From Nitrospirota bacterium (GTDB lineage Bacteria > Nitrospirota > UBA9217), in contig CAWIYV010000001.1 of NCBI GenBank assembly GCA_963840455.1, forward strand, positions 1 to 64,000: a stretch of DNA of 64,000 nucleotides. The letters run 5' to 3'. A program made the position numbers and the translations under genes. Positions 28,833 to 39,369 of this stretch are shown here, in pieces. Below the pieces are notes generated by a model. That model saw only the letters and a list, made by a program, of their open reading frames with translations. It had not been told where the DNA came from and searched no databases. Each line of letters starts with the position of its first letter. The stretch's first letter is position 1.

Positions 28833-31406
28833 TTACTCCAGCGCCTTCAGCAGAGATTCCCTGATCTTCGCGAGCCGCTCCGGGTCGGTGATCTTTGTCC
28901 GGAACAGGTCGCTGACATAGAACGCGTCAGTGACCCGGACGCCTTCGGTGACGATCTTGGCGGAAGCAATATCAAGGTTCAGGTCGTACAAGGTCTTGGT
29001 AATACGGTACAGGAGCCCGACCCGGTCGCGGGCCGAGATGTCGATAATGGTCAGGGTATCCGAAGTCTTGTTGTCGAACTCAACGGTGACCGGAATGACT
29101 GCGGTCGTTTCGCGAGAGAACGCCGACGGACGCGGTTCCGGAGGCCTGCGCTCGCCTATGAGCACTTCGCGAAGAAGTGCGATCACGGTCCTCCAGACGT
29201 CTTCGTACTCCGTTACCTTCCCCCCGGCATCGGTTATCTGGAACGAATCGATCATGATACCGTTCCGGGCGGTGTATACTTGCGCCCGCAGGATGTTGAG
29301 GTTCTGGGAGGCAATGGTCCCTGCCGTCCGGTAGAACATGCCGTATGCGTCGTAGGCGCAAACCGTCAATTCCGTGTAGCCCCGGTCAGGCCGGTGCCGG
29401 TGCGTGATGACCAACTTTTCCTCTGCAAGCCGCCGTACCATGCCGAGGTGCTCCAGCTGCTTCGTCAGGGATGTGGTGATGAGGTAATGAACAGGCATGG
29501 CATCGATGAAACAGCGTATCTCGACGTCGGAGAATGACCTCTGCGCCGCTTCCGCGAGACGCCGGGATGCGGCTGCACTGCGGATCTGGACCTCATCTTC
29601 CGCCATTCCCGCATGCTCGAAATGCTTGAGTGTCCTGAGATAGAGGTCCTGCAGCAGAGCCGCTTTCCACGGCGTCCATGCCGCAGGGCTCACGGCAGAG
29701 AGGTCCGCGTACGTGAGGAGGTACAGCATGGTAAGGTTGTTGATGTCGCCGATCGTCCGCGCGAACTCGGAGATGACCTTCCGGTCGGACAGCTCGCGGC
29801 GCTGGGAAAGCGCCGCCATGAGCAGATGGTTCTCGATGAGGAAGAGGATGCGTTCGCGGTCCTGGCCGACGACGCCAAGGCGGACCAGGATGCCTTCGGC
29901 GATCTCCCGTCCCCGGTGCTCGTGATCGGACCGGGATGCCTTGCCGAGGTCGTGAAGAAGGACCGTCAGCATCAGGAGCCAGCGACGTTCCAGTCGCTTC
30001 ATTGCATCATACAGGGTCGAGAGCGCGGGATACCGGCCCTGCCAAACGTCTTCAAGCGCCCTGATGGCCGTCAGGATGTGTTCGTCCACCGTGTAGGTAT
30101 GGTAGAAGTCCCGCCGGGCAAGCGCCTGAATGGCCCTGAACTCCGGCAGATATCTCCCGAGGAATTTACAGTCCTTCATGAGCCCCAGGGTATCGGACAG
30201 CCTTTCCGGATTGTTCAGGATGGACAGGAATGTACGCGATGCCAGAGGCGACGATCTTACTTCGTCTCCGAAGCGCGATGCAGCGATCAGTCTCTTCAAA
30301 CGGTCGGAGAGCATCGCGTGGCGCGTCTGGTAGATCTCAAAGGCGTTGAGAAATATCTCAGGAGAGCCCTGGAGAGCGTTCTCATCGGCCGGGACCAGGG
30401 TTTTCCCCACGAGGGTGAACGGACCGAGAGCCTGCGGCCGTTCGAACCATGACCGCCTCGGCGAGGGGAGCACGCTCTCGATCACGATCCGTGAGAACTC
30501 CTGGATGTTCCGGGCGTGAAGGAAATAGGATTTCATGAACCGTTCCACCGCAATCAAGTGCGCCGAGCTGCGGTAGCGGAAGTCCCGGGCCGCCGCTTCC
30601 TGCAGATCATAGGTCAAATGGTCGTTCTTCCTTCCGGTTATATAGTGGACCTCGTTACGGAGCCTCCAGAGGAAGTTCCGGGAACGGAGGAAAACAGCAA
30701 GCTGTCCGGCGCCGATGATCCCGCGGGAAACGAGTTCGGCGAACGAGAACACGCGGAAGTGCGTGAAGGCCAACCAGCGCGCCGAGTGGAAGTCGCGCAG
30801 TCCGCCCGCGCTCTCCTTGATGTTCGGTTCGCGCAGGTAGACCGATCCGCCATACTTCTGCCGTGTTGTGTTCCGTTCGGCGATCTTTTCCGATATATAG
30901 GTCTGCGGTTTCCGGTAGAAGACCTCGACCTGCATACGCTGCAGATAGGACCCGTAATAGCCGGGATCGCCGGCGAGGAGACGGGACTCGAGGAGGGAGG
31001 TCCTGATCTTGTTGTCATGCCGCGACAGGTCGATACATTCAGGAACGGTCCTGACGCTATAGCCGATGTCGAGACCAGCGTCCCAGAGTTCGTAGAGCAT
31101 GCGCGGCGCCTGCTCACGCTCACGCTCGTCCCGGCAGAGGAACATGATGTCGATGTCAGAATGGGGATTGAGCTCCCCCCGGCCATATCCGCCGGTGGCA
31201 AGCAGCACCGGCAGAGGTCCGGAAGCGGCCAAAGGCTGGTACAGGGCCTTCAGGACCCTGTCAATGAGCGCGGTCCTGCGCTGAACGATCTCGCTACCGC
31301 CCGCGCCGTCGAAGTGTGCGCTCCTGATCAGCGACTCCTCGTCAGCAAGAAAGGACCTGATGTCCACCTGCCCCAGCGATGTTCGTTGGTTGTTCAATCC
31401 GTTCAA
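28833..31406 (-). CDS. glnD: [Protein-PII] uridylyltransferase
   Basis: Motifs ATGGYGRGELNPHSDID, EPNIKESAGGLRD, YHTYTVDEH, LLHDLGK, and two C-terminal ACT domains. Confidence 0.96.
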   Translation of the reverse strand: MNGLNNQRTSLGQVDIRSFLADEESLIRSAHFDGAGGSEIVQRRTALIDRVLKALYQPLAASGPLPVLLATGGYGRGELNPHSDIDIMFLCRDEREREQAPRMLYELWDAGLDIGYSVRTVPECIDLSRHDNKIRTSLLESRLLAGDPGYYGSYLQRMQVEVFYRKPQTYISEKIAERNTTRQKYGGSVYLREPNIKESAGGLRDFHSARWLAFTHFRVFSFAELVSRGIIGAGQLAVFLRSRNFLWRLRNEVHYITGRKNDHLTYDLQEAAARDFRYRSSAHLIAVERFMKSYFLHARNIQEFSRIVIESVLPSPRRSWFERPQALGPFTLVGKTLVPADENALQGSPEIFLNAFEIYQTRHAMLSDRLKRLIAASRFGDEVRSSPLASRTFLSILNNPERLSDTLGLMKDCKFLGRYLPEFRAIQALARRDFYHTYTVDEHILTAIRALEDVWQGRYPALSTLYDAMKRLERRWLLMLTVLLHDLGKASRSDHEHRGREIAEGILVRLGVVGQDRERILFLIENHLLMAALSQRRELSDRKVISEFARTIGDINNLTMLYLLTYADLSAVSPAAWTPWKAALLQDLYLRTLKHFEHAGMAEDEVQIRSAAASRRLAEAAQRSFSDVEIRCFIDAMPVHYLITTSLTKQLEHLGMVRRLAEEKLVITHRHRPDRGYTELTVCAYDAYGMFYRTAGTIASQNLNILRAQVYTARNGIMIDSFQITDAGGKVTEYEDVWRTVIALLREVLIGERRPPEPRPSAFSRETTAVIPVTVEFDNKTSDTLTIIDISARDRVGLLYRITKTLYDLNLDIASAKIVTEGVRVTDAFYVSDLFRTKITDPERLAKIRESLLKALE

Positions 31407-31501
31407 GAATGAAAAGCCGCGATCTTCTTTCAGATGCGGCTTCCGTCAACGTGCATAAGGTTATCGAACCGGGATCTGCCCTGTGGCCCCTGAGCGCAGG
31501 A

Positions 31502-31912
31502 TCATTTGAAGCTGATCGCCTTGATCTCTTCCATGGTCAGCATGAAACTGCCGAAGGTTGCTTCACCATAGCAGCGGGAATCTGCGTCGATATCGAAGGC
31601 TGCCTCACTACCATCCCTGAGCTTCGCTGAGACCTTGACCTTCTTTTCCTTCTTTTCTCCGATCGAGATCTCCTTGATCTTTTCAAAGGGCACGTTGATG
31701 CTTGCCATGCCGAGGGAGCCGGCAAAGTGGACCCTGCCTTCCCAGCTGAACCTCTCTCCGTTGATCTTGTTGCCGGACACATCGGTGATGGTCACGGAGA
31801 AGTTCTTGTCCACGCGCGGCGCCCGCTCAAAACCGCCTCCCTTCCCGCCCATAGCGGTGAGGAAGAGGAACGATGAGATCATAAGAACGACAGTCAGTAC
31901 TTTGCCGCGCAT
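31502..31912 (-). CDS. Hypothetical exported protein
   Basis: AAGGAG RBS, N-terminal hydrophobic segment, host-like codon usage. Confidence 0.75.
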   Translation of the reverse strand: MRGKVLTVVLMISSFLFLTAMGGKGGGFERAPRVDKNFSVTITDVSGNKINGERFSWEGRVHFAGSLGMASINVPFEKIKEISIGEKKEKKVKVSAKLRDGSEAAFDIDADSRCYGEATFGSFMLTMEEIKAISFK

Positions 31913-32037
31913 ACGGTGGTCTCCTTTCGCTTCAAATCGATTGAAATTATTCGATTTTCGATAGATTACCACAATGATACCGGGCTTTCAAGAAAAAAGC
32001 TTGCAAAGGGCTTCTTCATTGTGTAAGGTATGCGGCG

Positions 32038-32832
32038 ATGAACGCACAGAACGGACAGAACAACCCTCTTCAGCGGCTCGTGGAGCTCATGGCAACCCTG
32101 CGAGGTCCTGACGGCTGCCCGTGGGACAGGAAGCAGACACCCGAATCCCTCAAGCCGTTCCTGGTCGAGGAATGCTACGAGGTTGTCGATGCGATCGAAG
32201 ATGGAGCACCCGCCAAGGTACGCGATGAGCTGGGCGACCTCCTGTTCCAGATCATCTTCCACGCCCGCATCGCCGAGGAGGCAGGCCAGTTCACCATCAA
32301 CGATGTCATCACGTCCATCCACGAGAAGATGACCAGGCGGCACCCTCATGTCTTCGGCGACGACAAGCTCTCAACGGACAAGGAAGTGCTGTCGAACTGG
32401 GAGGAGATCAAGCGGAAGGAAAAGGGACATGAGGACCGGAAGTCCATCCTCGAGGGCGTGCCGAAAGAGCTCCCGTCCTTGCTCCGTGCCCACCGGCTCC
32501 AGGAGCGCGCTGCGCGCGTCGGGTTCGACTGGGCTCACCTGAACGAGGCCATGCCGAAGCTCGATGAGGAGATCGCGGAGTTCAAGGAATCGCTCAAGTC
32601 GGAGGATGCAGGCAAGATCGAAGAAGAACTAGGCGATGTGTTCTTCATGCTCGTGAACATATCCCGGTTCCTCGGCGTGAACCCGGAGGATGCGCTCCGC
32701 AAGACCATCAGCAAGTTCATCCATCGTTTCCGCTATATCGAAGAGCACGCAGAACAGGCAGGAAGATCATTGAACGACATGACGCTGGATGAGATGGAAA
32801 GGCTCTGGCAGGAATCGAAGATGAAACGATAA
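32038..32832 (+). CDS. mazG: Nucleoside triphosphate pyrophosphohydrolase
   Basis: Motifs LRGPDGCPWDRKQT, EECYEV, DELGDLLFQ, RRHPHVF, EELGD. Confidence 0.96.
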   Translation: MNAQNGQNNPLQRLVELMATLRGPDGCPWDRKQTPESLKPFLVEECYEVVDAIEDGAPAKVRDELGDLLFQIIFHARIAEEAGQFTINDVITSIHEKMTRRHPHVFGDDKLSTDKEVLSNWEEIKRKEKGHEDRKSILEGVPKELPSLLRAHRLQERAARVGFDWAHLNEAMPKLDEEIAEFKESLKSEDAGKIEEELGDVFFMLVNISRFLGVNPEDALRKTISKFIHRFRYIEEHAEQAGRSLNDMTLDEMERLWQESKMKR

Positions 32833-33264
32833 TATACGTGGAGAACCATCATGTCTCCCGATACATCTCACCTTACGTATCGCGTAATTACTCCATCTCA
32901 ATCACTTTACAAGGCTCCCGCAAGAATTTCCTCCCCACGTTCCTAAGGTCTGAGCGCGATGGCAAGAACCATATCTGCCTGTGGATTTCGGTCTCGTTAG
33001 CGATGATTTGCCCTCAACAGTATAGGTTGCTGTAAATTGGATTTTCGAAGAACGATTGATCGTGTTGTTCAAAGGATAAATATCGTCACCGTTCACATCA
33101 TAGTAATCATACTTAACGCTGGATCCGGGTAATTCCTATTCCCTATCCGTTATCATCGGCGTAACAACTTCTATACCACTTGAGTTAAAGAGCGTCAGGA
33201 AATGAAAAGGGCCAGGCATGACCACCTGACCGATCTGTTCTCTTGTGACTGATAGGGCCCTCTG

Positions 33265-34662
33265 CTATTTTCCCTCTCGAGGGAGATGGATGGCGTTCCC
33301 GTGCACTGCTTCCGCGGCCTCCATGATGCCCTCAGCGAGGGTTGGATGAGCATGGATCATCGCCCCAAGCTGTTTTGATGTGGCTCCCATGGTGATGGCG
33401 AGCGCGCCTTCATGAACAAGGTCCGCAGCGTGCGCGCCGCAGATATGGACACCGAGCACTCTGTCCGTTCCCGCGTCAGCGATGACCTTCACGATGCCGG
33501 CGATCTCTCCCATGGCGTGGGCCTTGCCGAGGGCCCGATACGGGAATGTTCCGGTACTGATCTTCATTCCCCTCTCGCGCGCCTGATGCTCACGCAGACC
33601 GGCACTGCCGATCTCGGGCCGCGTGAAGATCCCGGCGGGCACTGCCGTGTAATCCATGCGTACGCTGCCTCCCAGGGCGTTCTCTGCAGCCACGATCCCC
33701 TGCCGCGAGGCAACATGGGCCAGCATCATGATGCCGGTCACGTCTCCGATCGCATAGATCCCGGGCACAGTTGTTTCCATCCGGTCGTTCACCGGGACCT
33801 CGCCGCGCTTCCCTGCGGCAAGTCCAGCGTCCTCGAGCCGGAGCCCTTCTGTGTTCAATGCGCGGCCGATGGACACAAGGGCCTTTGCGGCCTGGACCTC
33901 CTGGCCGTTGGACAGCACGGCGGTCACGCCTTCCGCTGTCCCTTTCATGCTTTCGATCCGCGTCCCGGTGATCAGCTTGATCTTCGCTTTCTTGAGCTCT
34001 TTTTCGATAAGGGAGGAGATGTCCTCGTCCTCGGATGAGAGCGCGCGCGGAAGCATCTCCACCACGGTCACGCTGGAGCCGAGAGAACGGTACAGGAAGG
34101 CAAACTCGCATCCGATGACGCCGGCGCCGACGATCAGGATGCTCGCGGGGACCTCATGCATGAGCACGGCGTCGTTGCTTGAAAGAATGTTGTTGCCGTC
34201 GAAAGGAAGGCCGGGGATCGCTGCGGGGCGTGAACCGGTGGCGATGATGATGCGGTCGGACCTGATGTCCTGCGTTGTGCCGTCCTTCCGCACGGCGCGC
34301 ACGACATCCTCGGAGATCAGGCTTCCCCTGCCGGGGATCAGGTCTACTCCCCAGCTCTTGAAGAGGGCCCGGATGCCCTTGACCTGGGTACTGACGACCT
34401 TATCACGGCGTTCACGTATCTTCGGGAGGTTATAGGTGACCTCACCGTACAGCTCGACACCGAAGTCAGCTGCGTGCCGTGCCATCTCCAGCGCGTCTGT
34501 CGAGGCAATGAGGGTCTTGGTGGGAATGCATCCCCAGTTGAGGCAGGTGCCCCCGACCTCGGCATCCTCGACCACAGTCACGCGAGCGCCCCGCTGTGCA
34601 GCCCGGATCGCTGCTACGTATCCGCCGGGTCCCGAGCCGACGATCGTGATCCTGGTCAGCAT
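33265..34662 (-). CDS. lpdA: Dihydrolipoyl dehydrogenase
   Basis: Motifs GSGPGGYVAAIRAAQ, GGTCLNWGCIPTK, MLAHVAS, IHAHPTLAE. Confidence 0.95.
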   Translation of the reverse strand: MLTRITIVGSGPGGYVAAIRAAQRGARVTVVEDAEVGGTCLNWGCIPTKTLIASTDALEMARHAADFGVELYGEVTYNLPKIRERRDKVVSTQVKGIRALFKSWGVDLIPGRGSLISEDVVRAVRKDGTTQDIRSDRIIIATGSRPAAIPGLPFDGNNILSSNDAVLMHEVPASILIVGAGVIGCEFAFLYRSLGSSVTVVEMLPRALSSEDEDISSLIEKELKKAKIKLITGTRIESMKGTAEGVTAVLSNGQEVQAAKALVSIGRALNTEGLRLEDAGLAAGKRGEVPVNDRMETTVPGIYAIGDVTGIMMLAHVASRQGIVAAENALGGSVRMDYTAVPAGIFTRPEIGSAGLREHQARERGMKISTGTFPYRALGKAHAMGEIAGIVKVIADAGTDRVLGVHICGAHAADLVHEGALAITMGATSKQLGAMIHAHPTLAEGIMEAAEAVHGNAIHLPREGK

Positions 34663-34665
34663 ATC

Positions 34666-35055
34666 CTATCGTTCTTCTTCCTCTTTCAGGAACTTCTCGT
34701 ACTCATCCCTGGTCATGAGGTCGTTCACCTCGGACGGATCGCTCATGGTGATGACTACGATCCACCCGTTGCCGTAGGGGTCCTCGTTGATGATCTCGGG
34801 GGAATCGCCGAGGTCCTCGTTGACTTCGAGCACCCTACCGGAGACCGGGCTGATGACCGGCGAGGTGGCCTTGGTCGACTCTATCTCGCAGAGCTCGGAG
34901 TCAGCGTCCGTTTCGGTGTCCCGCTCGGGCAGGTCGACGTACACGATATCGCCGAGCTGCTGCTGGGCCATGTCGGTAATGCCGATTGTCGCGTTCTTGC
35001 CTTCAACGCGAACCCATGCGTGCTCCCGGTGATATTTGATGTCATCTGGATTCAT
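34666..35055 (-). CDS. gcvH: Glycine cleavage H protein (lipoyl carrier)
   Basis: Motifs IGITDMAQQQLGDIVYV, IESTKATS (lipoyl Lys), INEDPYGNGW. Confidence 0.95.
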   Translation of the reverse strand: MNPDDIKYHREHAWVRVEGKNATIGITDMAQQQLGDIVYVDLPERDTETDADSELCEIESTKATSPVISPVSGRVLEVNEDLGDSPEIINEDPYGNGWIVVITMSDPSEVNDLMTRDEYEKFLKEEEER

Positions 35056-35161
35056 CTGCCACCTCCGCCGAAAAGACGAGATTACTTATGCAAGAAGAGT
35101 GAATTGTATTTAGCGTATGCAGGGTTTTTTGTCAAGGGAAAAAGATTTGGCGCCGGCAGGC

Positions 35162-35193
35162 AAAAAAAGGGATACGGTATTCCGTATCCCTTT
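35162..35193 (-). terminator. Terminator after rnfB
   Basis: AAAGGGATACGG-tatt-CCGTATCCCTTT with a T-tract on the minus strand. Confidence 0.8.
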
Positions 35194-35218
35194 CTGGAAC
35201 TGCACGGTGAACGGCCCA

Positions 35219-36376
35219 CTACACCGCGGCCATTTCCTTCTCTGACGTTTTGCCGGCCGACGAGCCTGCTGCCGACAACATCGTAATGGCCTTCTTCGGA
35301 CAGCGCGCTTCGCACATGCCGCAGCCGATGCATTTCGTCTGGTCCACTTTGTGGAGTGAGCGCACATCCCCCGAGATCGCGTTCACCGGGCATACCTTGG
35401 CGCACACGTCGATGCCCACGCATTTCGCAGGATCAATGGACGCCTTCGGTCGCGGCAGCAGGTAATCATGGATCGCGTTGGTGGGGCACTTCTTCACGCA
35501 GAGGCCACAGGTGATACACTTGCTGTGATCGATGCGGGCCAGGTTGTTGTCGATCTTGATGGCGTCGACCGGGCAGGTCCTTACGCAGATGCCGCAAGCG
35601 ATGCAGCCGACCTGGCACTTCTTCTTGACATCGAGGCCCTTGTCCCTGCTATGGCAGCTGATGACGACCGCCTTCGACATGAGCCCCAGCTCGATCACCT
35701 GCTTCGGGCAGGCCGCAACGCATTTGCCGCAGGCGGTGCACTTTTCCTTGCTGATGATCGGAAGGCTGTCCTCGCTCATCCTGATGGCGTCGAAGGGGCA
35801 GGCGCGCATGCAGGTCGCATACCCCAGGCAGCCGTATTCGCAGGACTTGTCCCCGCCTGCCGCAAGCACGGCCGCCGTACAGTCCATGACGCCCGTGTAG
35901 ATGAACTTCCTCTGGCTTTTGCTCCGGCCTCCCTGGCAAAACACCCTGGCGATCTTGGGGTCCACCTTTCCCGCTGCTTTGCCGGTGATCTGGGCGATCT
36001 TTTCCGCAACTGGGGCCTTTCCCGGCGCGCACATACTCACTGCTACATCGGGGTTACCGACAACAGCTTCGGCATAGCCCATGCAGCCTGCAAACCCGCA
36101 GGCCCCGCAGTTCGCACCAGGCAGCGTCTCGCGCACCTGTTCCACCTTCGGGTCCACCTTCACGACAAAGCGGGCCGCAACAATGGCCAGCGCTATGCCG
36201 AAGACGATCCCGAGCGCTGCTAGGACGATGAGTCCCGTGTAGATGATCTGCGGGGCCACGTACTCGACCGCTTCGGCCGATTCGCCGACGCCGACCATCG
36301 GAATGAGCTTGTTGGAGAAAACGCTCAATAGGTGGGAGGATACGTTCAGGAGTATCGATGTTATCTGTTCGAACAT
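35219..36376 (-). CDS. rnfB: Rnf complex subunit B, polyferredoxin type
   Basis: LPGANCGACGFAGC plus several CxxCxxCxxxCP motifs; operon context. Confidence 0.93.
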   Translation of the reverse strand: MFEQITSILLNVSSHLLSVFSNKLIPMVGVGESAEAVEYVAPQIIYTGLIVLAALGIVFGIALAIVAARFVVKVDPKVEQVRETLPGANCGACGFAGCMGYAEAVVGNPDVAVSMCAPGKAPVAEKIAQITGKAAGKVDPKIARVFCQGGRSKSQRKFIYTGVMDCTAAVLAAGGDKSCEYGCLGYATCMRACPFDAIRMSEDSLPIISKEKCTACGKCVAACPKQVIELGLMSKAVVISCHSRDKGLDVKKKCQVGCIACGICVRTCPVDAIKIDNNLARIDHSKCITCGLCVKKCPTNAIHDYLLPRPKASIDPAKCVGIDVCAKVCPVNAISGDVRSLHKVDQTKCIGCGMCEARCPKKAITMLSAAGSSAGKTSEKEMAAV

Positions 36377-36425
36377 TGGTGATTCCCCTTTTGCATGAAC
36401 TGGTTTCTGCCCGTTTTCCTCTGAC

Positions 36426-37010
36426 TTACAACGTGATCATTCCCGAGAACCCAAGGAAAGCCAGTGCGATGAGTCCCGTCAATACGAAGGAGATCGGCAG
36501 GCCCTGGAATGACTTCGGCACGTCCGCGAGTTCCAGTTTTTCCCGGATACTCGCCATGATGATGAGGGCGAGGCTGAAACCGAGGCCGGACCCCAGGGCA
36601 AGCGCAATGCTCTCAAAGAAGCTGTAATTCTCTTCAGCGTTGATAATCGGCACGGCAAGGATGATGCAGTTCGTCACGATCAGTGCGAGGTAGATGCCGA
36701 GCTTATAGTAGAGGGCGGGAGCGATCTTCTTCATGACCGTGTCGGCTGCCTGCACGAAAGCAGCCACAACGCCGATGAAGATCACGATCTTCAGAAAGCC
36801 GAGCTGAAAAGGGATCATCACATATGTGTAGATCAGCCAGTTCAGGGCCGCGCCGATCATCATGACCATGGTGAAGGTGAAGCTCATCCCAACCGCCGTC
36901 TCCATCTTCTTGGTCACGCCGAAGAAGATGCAGAGGCCGAGGTAGCGGGCGAACACAAAGTTATTGATGAGCGCCGAAGCGATGAAGATGGTCAAGACAT
37001 GCTGCCACAT
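36426..37010 (-). CDS. rnfA: Rnf complex subunit A
   Basis: Motifs NNFVFARYLGLC, LGIYLALIVTNC, ASIREKL. Confidence 0.93.
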   Translation of the reverse strand: MWQHVLTIFIASALINNFVFARYLGLCIFFGVTKKMETAVGMSFTFTMVMMIGAALNWLIYTYVMIPFQLGFLKIVIFIGVVAAFVQAADTVMKKIAPALYYKLGIYLALIVTNCIILAVPIINAEENYSFFESIALALGSGLGFSLALIIMASIREKLELADVPKSFQGLPISFVLTGLIALAFLGFSGMITL

Positions 37011-37063
37011 AGTATCCTCCAGGAAAAACCCGAAACTCGAACGTCGAAATGGGTATTTATTTC

Positions 37064-37693
37064 TTAATGTCCCCCGCTGCTCGCTCCGGTACCGCCGAAG
37101 AACTTGCGGTCGATCCAGTTAAGCCATCCCATCATAAGGCCCATCGCAAAGAACCCGCCTGCCGGCATGATCATGATGAGCACCGGCTTTCCGGGAAGGA
37201 TCTGGGCACCCCAGAGCGAACCTTTCCCCAGGAACTCGCGGAATATACCGAGCAGCACCAGGGCCAGCAGGAAGCCAAGACCCATGGCGAAACCGTCCAC
37301 AAGGGACGGCAGGAGCTTGTTCTTGCTGGCGAACATCTCCGCCCGAGAAAGCACGATGGCAAATGCCACGATAAGCACAATATAGAGGCCCATTTCTTTG
37401 TAGACCGCCCGCTGCGTGGCGGCCATGACCTGGTCGGTGACCGTGACCCAGGTGGCAATGATAAACATGTACGAGGGGATCCTGACCTTGGGATTGATGA
37501 AGTTCCGAAGCAGCGACACCGTGCCGTTCACCATGGTCATGACGAACAGGACCGCGACGCCCATCAGGAAGCCGTTCTTCACGCCGCCCGTGACGGCAAC
37601 GGCCGGGCAGAGCGAAAGCGCGAGCCGGAAAACCGGGTTTTCGCCGAACATGCCGTTCTTTAAGATCGTCCCGTAGCTGATATTATTGCTCAT
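37064..37693 (-). CDS. rnfE: Rnf complex subunit E
   Basis: Motifs ENPVFRLALSLCPAVAVT, VRIP, FREFLG.G, MPAGGF. Confidence 0.92.
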   Translation of the reverse strand: MSNNISYGTILKNGMFGENPVFRLALSLCPAVAVTGGVKNGFLMGVAVLFVMTMVNGTVSLLRNFINPKVRIPSYMFIIATWVTVTDQVMAATQRAVYKEMGLYIVLIVAFAIVLSRAEMFASKNKLLPSLVDGFAMGLGFLLALVLLGIFREFLGKGSLWGAQILPGKPVLIMIMPAGGFFAMGLMMGWLNWIDRKFFGGTGASSGGH

Positions 37694-38276
37694 GCTTCAC
37701 CTCTTGCACCGCGGTTTTAATCCCTGCACCGTATTTGTCGACCAGTGTCTGGACTGCGTCCTTGATCCCGTTCGTCACCCCGCGGCTCGATATCGTGGCA
37801 CCGGTGATCGCCTGGATGTTCTCCTTCGTCTCCCCTTTGATCAGGATGATCTGGGAAAGGGGCTTGCCCTTGAACTGGTCGAGGAAGCTCTTTTCGAGGA
37901 CCTGGTCGCCCAGGCCCGGCGTCTCATTCATGCTCAGGACCTTGACCTCGCTGATCTTCAGGTCCGTATCGAGCGACACGAGCATCTGGATGAAGCTTGA
38001 GTACCCTTTTCCCGCCGTGCTCGAGATGTACGCCACCGGTTTTCCCGAAGCCGTCGCCATGTAGTACTCGAAGTTCCTGCTGTGGACCGACCACTTGCCC
38101 GCGGGTGTTATGGGATCTGTGGCAGTGGGTGCCATCTCCTTCAACGCCTCTTCCTTTTCCTTCTTCTCGGCCTTGAACTTGATCGGCGAGGTGAACTTGT
38201 AGGTAACGCCCATTATGAGGCCCGCGCCGATGAAGATCATGACAAGGCTCAGGGTAATTTTCATCATGTCCTTCAT
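37683..38276 (-). CDS. rnfG: Rnf complex subunit G
   Basis: Motifs ETPGLG and the FMN site ITGATISS. Confidence 0.92.
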   Translation of the reverse strand: MKDMMKITLSLVMIFIGAGLIMGVTYKFTSPIKFKAEKKEKEEALKEMAPTATDPITPAGKWSVHSRNFEYYMATASGKPVAYISSTAGKGYSSFIQMLVSLDTDLKISEVKVLSMNETPGLGDQVLEKSFLDQFKGKPLSQIILIKGETKENIQAITGATISSRGVTNGIKDAVQTLVDKYGAGIKTAVQEVKHEQ

Positions 38277-39316
38277 TTTTTCACCCCCTTGGCCTCTGCC
38301 TTGCCAAAGACCTTGCTCCGCATGCCGCGGTCAAGCAGCGGGGCAAAACAGTTCATAAGCAGGATGGCGAACATCACGCCCTCGGGATAACCTCCCTTGA
38401 GGCGGATCAGGACGGTCAGCGCTCCGCAGGCCACGCCAAACACCACCTGTGCGCTGCGCACCGAGGGGCCGGTAACATAATCGGTCGCCATGAAGAAAGC
38501 TCCGAGCATGAGGCCGCCCGACATCATGTGCAGCAGACCATCGCCGGTCATGAGGCCGTCCTTGCCGCCGAAGATCCAGGCGAGGATGCCGACGGTGGCG
38601 ATGAACGTCACGGGGATGTGCCAGGTGATATAGCGCTTCGCCAGGAGGAAAACACCACCCAGCAGGATCGCGATGACCGAGGTCTCGCCGAGCGACCCTG
38701 CCCGATTTCCGACGAACAGGTCCCGATAGAGCATGGCCTTCGTGTGGAACACCTCAAGAAGCTTGGACATCCCTTCTTCCTTCAACAGCACCAGCGGGGT
38801 GGCCGTGGTCTTTGCATCCATGGCCATGAACGAAGTGGCCGGTGCGACGAAGGTCGTCATGATCTTGGCAAAACTGACAAGGACAAAGGCGCGGCCGACA
38901 AGCGCCGGATTGAAGATATTGAAGCCCAGCCCGCCGAAGAGGTGCTTGGCGATCATGATCGCCACGACGGACCCGACAAAAGGGATATAGAGCGGCGCAT
39001 TCGCAGGAAGGTTCAGCGCCAGGAGCAGGCCCGTGAGGAAGGCGCTGCCATCGGACAGCGTGATGGGTTTCTTCAGCAGCCATTGCATCCCGGCCTCGGC
39101 AAGAAGGGATGTTATGAGACAGACCACGATGACCATGATGGCCGGCAGGCCGAAGTAGTAGACGGACATGAGCGTGGCCGGCAGGAGCGCGGCGCTCACG
39201 GTCCACATGATCTTCGCAGTGCTCTCCTCGGAAAGCATATGCGGCCCGATCGAGACGATCAGCTCGGGGTGTGCTTTTGGTTGTTCTTTCGGCTGTTCTT
39301 TGGGTGTTGCTTCCAT
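38273..39316 (-). CDS. rnfD: Rnf complex subunit D
   Basis: Motifs KHLFGGLGFNIFNPALVGR, TTATPL (FMN Thr), GSLGETS, FFMATD. Start moved to the ATG at 39316 because the track ORF overlaps rnfC. Confidence 0.93.
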   Translation of the reverse strand: MEATPKEQPKEQPKAHPELIVSIGPHMLSEESTAKIMWTVSAALLPATLMSVYYFGLPAIMVIVVCLITSLLAEAGMQWLLKKPITLSDGSAFLTGLLLALNLPANAPLYIPFVGSVVAIMIAKHLFGGLGFNIFNPALVGRAFVLVSFAKIMTTFVAPATSFMAMDAKTTATPLVLLKEEGMSKLLEVFHTKAMLYRDLFVGNRAGSLGETSVIAILLGGVFLLAKRYITWHIPVTFIATVGILAWIFGGKDGLMTGDGLLHMMSGGLMLGAFFMATDYVTGPSVRSAQVVFGVACGALTVLIRLKGGYPEGVMFAILLMNCFAPLLDRGMRSKVFGKAEAKGVKK

Positions 39317-39369
39317 AATTATATAGACCTCGTTTGGTTGGATGGTCTTGAATTCTGTCTCACGGGGAC

